From NCBI GenBank assembly GCA_965214705.1, contig CBDCCI010000002.1, positions 2,464,001 through 2,528,000 on the forward strand: a stretch of 64,000 nucleotides of DNA. The letters run 5' to 3'. This document shows, piece by piece, positions 1 to 9,495 of this stretch (position 1 is the first letter of the stretch; each line of letters begins with the position of its first letter). Source of the DNA: Alphaproteobacteria bacterium. GTDB taxonomy: Bacteria > Pseudomonadota > Alphaproteobacteria > UBA828. The notes under the pieces are model-generated. The model saw only the letters and a program-made list of their open reading frames with translations. It did not search any database and was not told where the DNA came from. The position numbers and the translations under genes are program-made.

Positions 1-2
1 AT

Positions 3-305
3 GAGAAGGCGCGGATTGTCTCGGAGAGCTTTGAGCCGGGCTCTTCGGTTGCGGCGGTCGCGCGCCGCCATGGCGTCAGCGATACGACCCTGACCAAGTG
101 GCGGCGGCGCGCGCGGGAGGGAACTCTTCCGGGCGCTCGGATTGGTGGCTCTGCACCGCCATTTGTTCCCGTGGTGGTTGATAGCGTGACGTCCGAGCGG
201 ACGGTGGCGATCGAGGCGCTAGGCGTGGTCGTTCGCCTTCCGGTGGAGAGCGCGGTCGATCGGATTGTTGCGGTGGCCTCGGGCCTGGGCCGGGCGTCGT
301 CATGA
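3..305 (+). CDS. tnpA: IS66 accessory protein TnpA (HTH), 5' end outside window
   Basis: Frame 3 reads EKARIVSESFEPGSSVAAVARRHGVSDTTLTKWRRRAREG. TGA at 303-305 overlaps the tnpB ATG (ATGA). Not in the ORF track. Confidence 0.88.
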   Translation, partial: EKARIVSESFEPGSSVAAVARRHGVSDTTLTKWRRRAREGTLPGARIGGSAPPFVPVVVDSVTSERTVAIEALGVVVRLPVESAVDRIVAVASGLGRASS

Positions 306-652
306 TCGCGGCCCCCTCGCTTCGCATCGTGTTGGCGACGCGGCCGGTTGATTTTCGTCGCGGCCACGACGCGCTTGCGGCGACGGCGGCGGGGGAGCTG
401 GACCTCGATATCTATTCCGGGGTGATCGTGATCTTCCGCTCGCGCCGCGGCGACAGGCTCAAGCTCCTTGCGTGGGACGGCAGCGGTCTGGTGATGACCT
501 ACAAGCGTCTGGAGCAGGGCCGCTTCGCCTGGCCTCGGATCGAGGATGGTGTGATGCGCCTTACGAAGGGCCAGTTCGAGGCCCTCTTCGAGGGTCTGGA
601 CTGGCGCCGGGTGAAGGCCCGCCCGGTTCGCCGCCCGCTGGCGGCGGAGTGA
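302..652 (+). CDS. tnpB: IS66 accessory protein TnpB
   Basis: Motifs PVDFRRGHDAL, FRSRRGDRLKLLAWDGSG and KRLEQGRFAWP. Confidence 0.95.
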   Translation: MIAAPSLRIVLATRPVDFRRGHDALAATAAGELDLDIYSGVIVIFRSRRGDRLKLLAWDGSGLVMTYKRLEQGRFAWPRIEDGVMRLTKGQFEALFEGLDWRRVKARPVRRPLAAE

Positions 653-745
653 GGCGGCACGCAGGCGGGGCCGCAGATTTCGGTCGCGGTCCCGCCTGCA
701 CTTTTCCCTGGTCATGCATTGGCGAATCGGATTAAGGGGTGGCCC

Positions 746-2461
746 ATGCCGAAGGTCACGCCCTCACCCCTCAGCAGCGCCGGTTCGCCGTCGCCTGCGG
801 TGGTTTCGGCGGCGCTGGCGGCCCTGCATGCGGAGCTTGACGACGAGCGCGCGGCGCGCCGGGCGACGGAAGCAGCCCTATGCGAAGCGGAGCAGGCACG
901 CGGCGCGGCGGAGGCGGCGAGGCAGACGGCGGAAGCGCGGGCGGCACGGCTGGAGGCCGAGAACGCGCAGAGCGCGGAGCAGATCAGCCGGCTTGAGCAT
1001 CTCAACAAGGAGCTCAGGAAGGCGCTGTTCGGTCCGCGCTCCGAGAAGCTCGGCGAGGACGAGCGCCAGCTTACGTTCGAGGAGTTTTGGGCGGCGATCG
1101 CTGAAGCCGGCGGTCGGCCCGAGGCAGATGACCAGGAGCAGGACGAGGGGGCTGGCGGCAAGCGCCGGCGGCGCTCTTCCCGGGGGTCGCGCAGCGGGGT
1201 GCGCTTCGGGCCCCAGGTCGACCGGCGCGAGGAGGTGATCGAGCCGGACACGATCATGTGCCCCTGCGGCTGCGGCGAGATGACGAAGATCGGCGAGGAC
1301 CGCAGCGAGCGGCTGGACTATGAGCCGGCGAAGTTCACCGTCATCGAGACCGTGCGCCCCCGCTACGCCTGCAACAAGTGCAAGGGGGGCGGGGTGGTGC
1401 AGTCGCCGGCGCCGGCCGCTCTGGTCGAGGGCGGCCTTCCCACCGAGGCTCTTCTGGCGCAGGTGCTGATCGCGAAGTACGGCGATCATTGCCCGCTCTA
1501 TCGCCAGTCGCAGATCTACGAGCGCTCGGGGATCGAGGTTCACCGTGCGACGCTGGCGACGTGGGTGGGCCAGGCGTCGTTTCACCTGCGCCCCGTGGTC
1601 GCTTGCCTGGAGGATGAGCTGAAGAAGTCGGATCACCTGGGTCTGGACGAGACCACGATCCGCGTTCTCGACCCGGGCCGGGGCAAGACGAAGACGGGCT
1701 ACATGTGGACCCTTGTGCGTGACGAGCGCCACTGGAGCGGCACGGACCCGCCGGGCGTCGTCTATCGCTATGCGCCCGGCCGCGGCGGCAAGTATGGCGC
1801 CGAGCTTATGGAGGGCTTTTCGGGGACGGTGCAGCTCGACGGCTACTCGGGCCACAACATCCTGGCGCGGCCGGACCGGGCGGAAGGCCCTGTGACGCGG
1901 GCCCTCTGTTGGGCGCATGTAAGACGGAAGCTGAAAGAGGTATACGACTCGAGCGCATCGCCGATCGCGCTGGCCGGTCTGAATCGGATCGCGAAGCTCT
2001 ATGCGATCGAGAAGAAGATCCGGGGCAAGCCGCCGGCGGAGCGCCGCGCGATCCGTTGGGAGGAGTCGGCGCCGATCGTGAACACCTTCGGTGTCTGGCT
2101 CGACGAGCAGCGCTCGCGCGTCTCACCGCGCTCGCGTCTCGGCGAGAAGCTGACCTATATCGCCAACCAGTGGGACGGGCTGCTGGAGTTCCTGCACGAC
2201 GGTCGTGTCGAGATCGACTCGAACCTGGTGGAAAACCGAATCCGGCCGCTGAAGCTCACCGCCAAGAACGCGCTCTTCGCCGGCAACGACGAGGGTGCGC
2301 AAGCCTGGGCCCGCATCGCCTCGCTGATCGAGACCTGCAAGATGAACGGCGTCGAGCCCTACGCCTGGATGCGGAGCACGCTCGAGAAGATCGCCAAGGG
2401 CCACCCGCAGTCGGGCATCCAGGAGCTTCTGCCGTGGAACTTCCAGCCCGAGGCAAAATGA
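746..2461 (+). CDS. tnpC: IS66 transposase TnpC
   Basis: Coiled coil + LFGPRSEK, Zn finger CPCGC/CNKC, LDETT, QLDGY, CWAHVRRK, IDSNLVENRIRP, ELLPWN. ATG 746 chosen over TTG 719. Confidence 0.95.
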   Translation: MPKVTPSPLSSAGSPSPAVVSAALAALHAELDDERAARRATEAALCEAEQARGAAEAARQTAEARAARLEAENAQSAEQISRLEHLNKELRKALFGPRSEKLGEDERQLTFEEFWAAIAEAGGRPEADDQEQDEGAGGKRRRRSSRGSRSGVRFGPQVDRREEVIEPDTIMCPCGCGEMTKIGEDRSERLDYEPAKFTVIETVRPRYACNKCKGGGVVQSPAPAALVEGGLPTEALLAQVLIAKYGDHCPLYRQSQIYERSGIEVHRATLATWVGQASFHLRPVVACLEDELKKSDHLGLDETTIRVLDPGRGKTKTGYMWTLVRDERHWSGTDPPGVVYRYAPGRGGKYGAELMEGFSGTVQLDGYSGHNILARPDRAEGPVTRALCWAHVRRKLKEVYDSSASPIALAGLNRIAKLYAIEKKIRGKPPAERRAIRWEESAPIVNTFGVWLDEQRSRVSPRSRLGEKLTYIANQWDGLLEFLHDGRVEIDSNLVENRIRPLKLTAKNALFAGNDEGAQAWARIASLIETCKMNGVEPYAWMRSTLEKIAKGHPQSGIQELLPWNFQPEAK

Positions 2462-2537
2462 CTCGCGCGCTCACGGCGCTCCTCAAGAAATCCCCGTCGT
2501 AGTCAAGCCAGATTCCGGTATGGGGTCTGCGTACCGC

Positions 2538-5500
2538 TTACGCCAGAAGTGCGCGCAAGGGCCCGACGTCCAGGGCCACACGCAGGTTGTTCTCCACGAG
2601 CATGCCTTCCGGAAGAGACGCGGCCGCCAAGCGCACCGCCCGCTCGGCCGTGGAAACGGAGGCGACCTCACCGCTTAGCGCCACCCCCCGCGCAACCCGC
2701 TGCACCTGCACCCCGTCCAGCCCCGGCTCATCGGCCATGAGAGAGCGCAGCGGCCCAAGGTCCAGCCCAACCTCAAGGTTGTCCTCGACCAGCATCTCCT
2801 CGGGGATGGAGGCAGCGGCGAGGCCGACAGCGCGCTCCGCCGCCTCTGCCGATCCGACCGCTCCGGTAAGTGCCACGCCGCGTGCCAGCCGCTGAACGCG
2901 CACATCCCGAAGGTCGGGGTCCATGGCCAGAAGTGCGCGCAAGGGACCGATGTCCAGAGCCACCCGCAGGTTGTTCTCGACCGAGATGTTTTCCGGGAGC
3001 GAGGCGGCCGCAAGCCGCACCGCCCGGTCGGCCGTGGCGACGGAGGCGACCTCGCCACTCAGGGCCACGCCCCGTGCAACCCGCTGCACCTGCACCCCGT
3101 CCAGCCCCGGCTCTCCCGCCATGAGCGAGCGTAGCGGCCCGAGGTCCAGCCCAACCTCAAGGTTGTCCTCGACCAGCATCCCCTCGGGGATGGAGGCAGC
3201 GGCGAGGCCGACAGCGCGCTCCGCCGCCTCTGCAAACCCGACCGCTCCGGTAAGCGCCACGCCGCGTGCCAGCCGCTGAACGCGCACATCCCGCAGGTCG
3301 GGGTCCATGGCCAGAAGTGCGCGCAAGGGACCGACGTCCAGGGCCACCCGCAGGTTATTCTCGACCGGCATGTCCTCCGGAAGAGAGGCGGCCGTTAGGC
3401 GGACCGCCCGATCGGCGGTGGCGACGGACGCGACCTCGCCACTCAGCGCCACCCCCCGCGCAACCCGCTGCACCTGCACCCCGTCCAGCCCCGGCTCATC
3501 GGCCATGAGAGAGCGCAGCGGCCCGAGGTCCAGCCCCACCTCAAGGTTGTCCTCGACCAGCATGCCCTCCGGAATGGAGGCAACGGCAAGGCCGACTGCC
3601 CGATCGGCCGCCGCCGGAGAGCCCACCTCGCCACTGAGCGCGACCCCACGTGCCAGCCGCTGAACGCGCACATCCCGAAGGTCGGGGTCCATGGCCAGAA
3701 GTGCACGCAAGGGACCGACGTCCAGGGCCACACGCAGGTTGTTCTGGACCGGCATGCCTTCCGGAAGAGACGCGGCCGCAAGACGCACCGCCCGATCGAC
3801 AGTGGCGACGGAGGCGACCTCGCCGCTCAGGGCCACACCCCGCGCAACACGCTGCACCTGAACCCCACCCAGCCCCGCCTCGCCCGCCATGAGCGCGCGC
3901 AGCGGCCCGAGGTCCAGCCCCACCTCAAGGTTGTCCTCCACCAACATCCCTTCCGGGATAGAAGCCACCGCGAGCCCAACCGCACGCTCGGCCGCCGCCG
4001 AAGAGCCCACCTCGCCACTGAGAGCGATCCCGCGCGCCAGTCGCTGCACGCGCACATCCCGCAGGTCGGGGTCCACGGCCAGAAGTGCGCGCAAGGAACC
4101 GACGTCCAGGGCCACACGCAGGTTGTTCTCCACGAGCATGCCTTCCGGAAGAGACGCGGCCGCAAGGCGCACCGCGCGCTCGGCCGTGGCGACGGAGGCG
4201 ACCTCGCCGCTCAGGGCCACACCCCGCGCAACCCGCTGTACCTGTACTCCGTCCAACCCTGGCTCACCCGCCATGAGCGAGCGCAGCGGCTCGAGGTCCA
4301 GCCCCACCTCAAGGTTGTCCTCCACCAGCATCCCCTCGGGGATGGAGGCAACGGCAAGACCGACCGCACGCTCGGCCGCCGCCGGAGAGCCCACCTCGCC
4401 ACTCAGAGCGACCCCGCGCGCCAGCCGCTGCACCTGCACGCCCTGCAGATCCGGATCGGCGGCCAGAAGTGCGCGTAGCGGTGCGACATCGAGAGCCACC
4501 CGCAGACTGTTCTCGACCGGCATGCCTTCCGGAAGAGAGGCGGCCGCAAGGCGCACCGCCCGATCGGCGGTGTCGACGGACGCGACCTCGCCGCTCAGAG
4601 CCACCCCCCGCGCAACCCGCTGCACCTGCACCCCGTCCAGCCCCGGCTCTCCGGCAAGGAGCGAACGCAGCGGCCCGAGGTCCAACCCAACCTCAAGGTT
4701 GTTCTCCACCAGCATCCCCTCGGGGATGGAGGCAACGGCAAGGCCGACCGCACGCTCGGCCGCCGCCGGAGAGCCCACCTCGCCACCGAGAGCTACCCCG
4801 CGCGCCAGCCGCTGAACGCGCACGTCGCGCAGATCCGGATCTGCGGCCAGCAGTGCACGCAAGGGCCCGACGTCGATCACCACGAGAACATCCCGCTCCA
4901 GAACGGAGCCATCCTCGCCAAGCACGGAAATCGACGTGCTGCCCGCCGTCTGACCTAGGACGTACAGCACAGTGGGAGAGAGAAGCTGCACGTCTGCGAT
5001 CTCGGGGGAAGCAGCCGCCACTGCCTTTGCGGGACTGTCGAGATGCCACCGACGACTCTTTCCCAGCACGACAATCCACTCGTCATGGGGGAGCGCATCA
5101 CCTGGAGGATACTCAGGCGGCTGGGACTCCAAATTGGGTAGATCTTCCGCGGACGCTAGCGATAGCGAGGGAGCGGCGGAATAGGGCGCGGCACCGCCGG
5201 TCCAGGCATGTGCTGTCGGCCGTTCGTTCGGACTCATCCCCGACGGCGTGGAAGCAAAGGAAGCGAAAGGCGTATCGGAAGTCCGAACTCGATCAGGGGC
5301 GGGTTCTGCGAGGGCCACACTCTCGTACCACCCCGCCTGGCGCTCTCCTTCACCGTTGAGCCGTCCAGGCCCATCCTCAGGCAGTAACGCGGCGGTCAGG
5401 AGAGCTGCGTCCGATTCGGAGGTTGGATCGGACGCGAACGCAGTCGCGCTCGACGTGGACGAGGCGCGGTCGGGTGAAAATGCCGGCTGCAGGAACGCTC

Positions 5501-7238
5501 CTTCGGACCATGAAACGAGACCGAGGTTGGCAGCCGAGAGAGTCATGTTCCTGGGCCACGCGGCTCCTTGTTCCCAAACGTGGCCGCGCGACGAAGGTGT
5601 AGCTCCGGAATAGAATGCGTCTACCAAGGATGCCGCGCCGGCTCTGCGCGCGAATTCGGACGCCGTCGCGTTCGTGCCTGACTGCAGCATCGTGAGGTCG
5701 AGCAAGAAGATGGACTGCAGGAATGTCGCATGTGACAAGGAGACGTGACCGAAATCGGCAGCACCGAAGATCAGTCGTTGGGACAACGCGGCTCCCGGCT
5801 CCCACCAGCCGTTAGGCGGCGCGGATGAGCGGCTGGAAGTGGACGGGACGGGACGGGATGGCGCATGTCCTTCGGTCATTGACTGGGACGCCGCAGGCGT
5901 CGCTCTTCGCGTCAACCTGATGGGATTGGACGGAAGAGCAGGATGATCGAATGATGCATCCGACAAGGTGTCGACGTTGAAGTCGGCAGCCGCCACGGTC
6001 GCTCTCTCCAACCATGCAGAATCCGGCTCCTGCATGCCGCTCATCAATAAGGGTGCAACACCGGTAGAGGACGGGTTGGGAACGGGGACCGCGTCGGATT
6101 CGGTCGTTGGTGCCGGCGCCGACGCTGTCGCGGCGGTCGGCGTTGTGGCGTCTGCGGTCGAAAGGAACAGGGGAGTCGGAGACCCCTCGGGCGGCGCGGT
6201 GAAGTCGGGGTCGGTGGCGCCGGAGACGGCCATGATCGCGGACCGAGCGGCATAAGGATTCGGAACGCCCTGCTGCGATGCAAACGAGGCTTTTGGCGAA
6301 GGCGGGTTCGGGGCGCCCGCCTCCCCGCCCCCGGATGTGGATTGGGGCCGAGGCGCTCCGGCGTAATCGGGAACGGCGAATACTGCGTCCGCCGCGGGAA
6401 GAACGTCCCAGCCAGCCTCGCCGGTGAGGCGGAGCGTCAGCCCCAACGTACCTCCGAGTGCAATACCTGTTGAGGGCCCGAGCCCTTTGCTCGCGATCAA
6501 TGGCGGCGGGTCGAGGGGAGGCCACTCCAGCAGGAGTCTGGTATCGACCCGGCGCGGCGGCATTGACTGTCGGCGGGCAGTGTCCACAAGGTTCTGCAAT
6601 GCGCGTGAGTCGTCTTCCTCCCAGTAGGACGCGTCATATCGTTCGTAGATACCTGCTGCCGCGTCGATCCGACCGGAAGCGATCAGCATACGAACGAAGT
6701 TGGCTGCGATCCGGGGATGTGCCGAGGGATGGCGGAGCGCTTCGGTGTAGTGGGTTTCGGCGGTCTCGTAGTCGGCTTCGAGTACGGCGGCGACGGCGAG
6801 GCCGTTTTCGATCCACATGACTGACGAGGGATCTTGTACGAGCGCTCGCGCATCCAGCAGGTGTTGACGCGCCGCTTGGGTATCGCCGAGAGCGAGCGCC
6901 GTCCGCCCGGCACCGAGGAGCGCCTCTCCCCTGGTAGCGGGTGAGGCCTGCGCCAGGTCCGCAGCCTGGAGAAACTGTCGGCGCGCCGCGTTGAAGTCAT
7001 GGTCGTGCAGGAAGATGTAGCCCAGTCCCAGGACAGGTTCAGGCGCATCGTCGAATCGCTCTGCAAGCGAAAGGTAGAGCCTCCGGGCAACGGCCGGCTG
7101 TCCCGCCGCGAGCGCGGCGGAAGCGACGGACAGATGGTCTCGAAGCAGCTCCCTGGCGCCGGGCCTGTCGGCCGGCTCGGAGACGCCGGAGCAGGCGGCG
7201 ACAAAAATAAGCGTGGCAAGCGCGGCGGTTGCGGGCAT
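2538..7238 (-). pseudogene. TadD-like TPR lipoprotein fused to a CpaC/RcpA N-terminal domain and >=12 BON-like repeats; C-terminus cut by IS66
   Basis: Likely start ATG 7238 with lipobox FVAAC. TPR helices (NGLAVAAVLEADYETAETHYTEAL), CpaC N-domain (LGKSRRWHLDSPAKAVAAASPEIADVQLLSPTVLYVLG), then 64-aa repeats. The stop codon lies inside the IS66 IR. Confidence 0.75.
2542..4874 (-). repeat. Tandem 192-bp (64-aa) BON-like repeats, alternating A/B (384-bp period), 12 complete + 1 partial
   Basis: A: DVGPLRALLAxDPDLRDVRVQRLARGVALSGEVGS...EDNLEVGL. B: DLGPLRSLMAGEPGLDGVQVQRVARGVALSGEVASV...ENNLRVAL. Confidence 0.95.
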
Positions 7239-7362
7239 GCGTCTTGCGGAATTCAAGCGCAATACCGAACTTTTGAATCGGGACGCCAAACTTCGATGAT
7301 GAGCAGTTCGGACGTTCAAAATCTTCGCCTCCCGTGCCCGCGGTGAACCGGCGGCCGGAAAC

Positions 7363-8451
7363 TCAGGCGCAATCCACATGCCGAAACGAATTCGCGGAGA
7401 ATCGTGATCTCCAGGCATCGAACAGGGCATCGCGAGAACCGCTGAAGCGCGCCTGAATGGTCACGTACTCCTGCTGTGTTGTCGTGTTCGCGGCGGATTG
7501 AACGGAATATCCGAGCCTCTTCAGGCTGGTCATCCGCCGCTGCGCATTCGCTCTGCTCCTGTACACACCGAGCGAGACCGCGTTTCTCAGTTCACCTCCG
7601 AGGATGACCGCGACGTCGCGGATTCCCCGGCTCTTGAGTTCGCGCAATGTCCGAAGGGCACTCTTGCGGCTGTCCAAGGGCGGGATGTAGACCCGGTGGC
7701 TCTCGATCGTCTCACGCGGCTCCGCGGCTATCGCGAGAATCTCCGCCCCTCGCGAGCGCAGCCATTGCTTGGCGTCCTCAACGTCGTCGCGAGTCTCGAA
7801 CTCGCCCACCGACACACAGGCGGCATCGGCAACGGCCAAGGCGGCAGTCGGGCTCTGACGCTCTTCGCGTGCGAACCGGTCTGTAGCCCGTGCACCGGCC
7901 TCGCCCATCTCGGGCGCCTCTGAAACGACCGGTTCCGAGGTGCGCGGAATGGATGAGCGGACCGGCTCGCTGCGCTCTCGGACTATGGTCGTGCCGAAGC
8001 CGAGTTCCCGGGCGCGGGCGTAGGCACCGCGCGCCAGCTTCACGTAGATGTCGCCCAGGTTCTGGTATCCGATGGCGTCGGTCTGGCGTTCGAGTGCACC
8101 GAGGAGGACCCCGCGCGCGTCCTCGAGCCGGCCCTCTTGAACGTAGACGACGGCCAAATTGTTGTAGGCCTCGAACAAGTCGGGAAAGTCCCGCACGAGT
8201 GAGCGGAAGGTGTCGATCGCCTCGTCCCGATCTCCCTCGTGCAGGCGTAAGATCCCGTGCAGAAGCCGTGCATGGGAACTGCCGGGCTCTCGCTCAAGCA
8301 GCGGATCAAGGGTGAGACGTGCTTCCCGATAGCGTTCTTCGTCTGCGAGCGAGATCGCGCGGTCGAGCGTGTCCTCGGACAGCGCGGCGTTGGACGAGAG
8401 AGTCGCCGCTGACATCGCCAGCGCCAGCAGGACCGCGCCGATCTTCGTCAT
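7363..8451 (-). CDS. Exported TPR + SPOR-like domain protein
   Basis: Signal peptide. TPR motifs EAYNNLAVVY and YQNLGDIY. C-terminal VSLGVYRSRANAQRRMTSLKRLGY (SPOR-like). Confidence 0.8.
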   Translation of the reverse strand: MTKIGAVLLALAMSAATLSSNAALSEDTLDRAISLADEERYREARLTLDPLLEREPGSSHARLLHGILRLHEGDRDEAIDTFRSLVRDFPDLFEAYNNLAVVYVQEGRLEDARGVLLGALERQTDAIGYQNLGDIYVKLARGAYARARELGFGTTIVRERSEPVRSSIPRTSEPVVSEAPEMGEAGARATDRFAREERQSPTAALAVADAACVSVGEFETRDDVEDAKQWLRSRGAEILAIAAEPRETIESHRVYIPPLDSRKSALRTLRELKSRGIRDVAVILGGELRNAVSLGVYRSRANAQRRMTSLKRLGYSVQSAANTTTQQEYVTIQARFSGSRDALFDAWRSRFSANSFRHVDCA

Positions 8452-9089
8452 GGCCGCCTCCAGTGCTCATCCAAGGCAGTGTTGTCTGCTCGCCGCGGCA
8501 GATCTGCGCGCGTGCGCTGGACCGCCTCATCGACATGCGGCGGACGCGTCTCCCTGGATTGCTGCCCAGTGGGATGGTCGTTCGCTTCACTGCGGTTGCT
8601 GGTACCGGCGATCCAGCCGGCAATGAACTTGTTGGCGATCGCGCGGATCCCTTCGTGAAGGTTCTCTGCAACCAAAGCGACCCGGGCAATCTCCTCAGGG
8701 TCTCGAGGGTCCGGTGCCTCGGCGGTGGAGGGCCATCCGGCTGCATTCCGCGCTGCGGATCCGACGCTCTTGAAGGCGTCCGAAATCATCGACGCCTCTT
8801 CCAATGCAGTCGGCATCGGCTTGTCGTATGCGCGTCTGACGCGGTCGAGCGTGAGTTCCAGCCTGCGAGCCGCTTCCAGCGTCTCGCGTTCGTTCTCCGA
8901 GAACTCACTGCCTTCGGCTTCTCCCTTGTCCAGGATCCAGCTGCTCTCCTTTCCGGCGTTCTGCAGCTCGTTGTGTGCTCTCCGAGCGTCCAGCGAATAG
9001 GTGAGACCCAGACGAACCTGCTGGATCAAGCCGAGGGGCGTAAGATGACCGACGGCACCGGTCTCGATTTCGATGGCGCGGTATCCCAC
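8448..9089 (-). CDS. Hypothetical protein, 213 aa
   Basis: AAGGAGAG before GTG; ATGA overlap with the downstream TPR-SPOR gene. Confidence 0.6.
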   Translation of the reverse strand: MGYRAIEIETGAVGHLTPLGLIQQVRLGLTYSLDARRAHNELQNAGKESSWILDKGEAEGSEFSENERETLEAARRLELTLDRVRRAYDKPMPTALEEASMISDAFKSVGSAARNAAGWPSTAEAPDPRDPEEIARVALVAENLHEGIRAIANKFIAGWIAGTSNRSEANDHPTGQQSRETRPPHVDEAVQRTRADLPRRADNTALDEHWRRP

Positions 9090-9166
9090 CTCTCCTTCTT
9101 CTTCGTGTTGGAGGCGGATACTCTTCGTGCGCGTTCCCTCACTCGTCTGGGCGCCTGCGTCCGTCA

Positions 9167-9198
9167 GAAAAGGTTAAGGGTTGAAAAGGTTAAGGGTT
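9167..9198. repeat. 16-bp perfect tandem duplication GAAAAGGTTAAGGGTT x2
   Basis: Copies at 9167-9182 and 9183-9198. Confidence 0.9.
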
Positions 9199-9233
9199 GG
9201 GCAGGCTCTCTCTCGAGAGCCTGCCCAACCCTT
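9192..9233. repeat. Perfect 19-bp-stem hairpin (terminator or insertion target)
   Basis: AAGGGTTGGGCAGGCTCTC-tctc-GAGAGCCTGCCCAACCCTT. Confidence 0.85.
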
Positions 9234-9495
9234 TTGAACGAAGCCGCGGGCCACGAGAGGCGAAGTTGAGCTATGTGGAAAGTGCGCTGATGTCAGCGTC
9301 AGGCGGCATCCACCGGCAGCAGAGTTGCGCATAAAATCGACGCTCGCGCCGGTCTTTCGGCAGGCATGCGGGCGCACGCTGCGAGGACTGAGCGGGGTGT
9401 GAGCCGAGGGCTGTCAGCCCGGCTCAAGCGGAGACAGGTTCGGTCGTGCGTCGGCGCTTTGGCGCCGTTGCGCGGGGCCGAAGCGAGCGGGCGTC

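Larger units (their letters stand above)
1..2541 (+). mobile_element. IS66 family insertion sequence (left end outside window)
   Basis: tnpA-tnpB-tnpC order. The right end reads ...GGTCTGCGTACCGCTTAC (reverse complement GTAAGCG..., the IS66-type IR start) and directly abuts the BON-like repeat sequence. Confidence 0.93.

Noticed and set aside
2542-4874. Repeat array as CRISPR or non-coding repeat
   Set aside because: Units are 192 bp, in frame and have no unique spacers; it is a coding domain repeat.
7239-7430. N-terminal 64 aa of the 1630-aa ORF
   Set aside because: It overlaps the TPR-SPOR gene, and the lipoprotein signal starts at ATG 7238.
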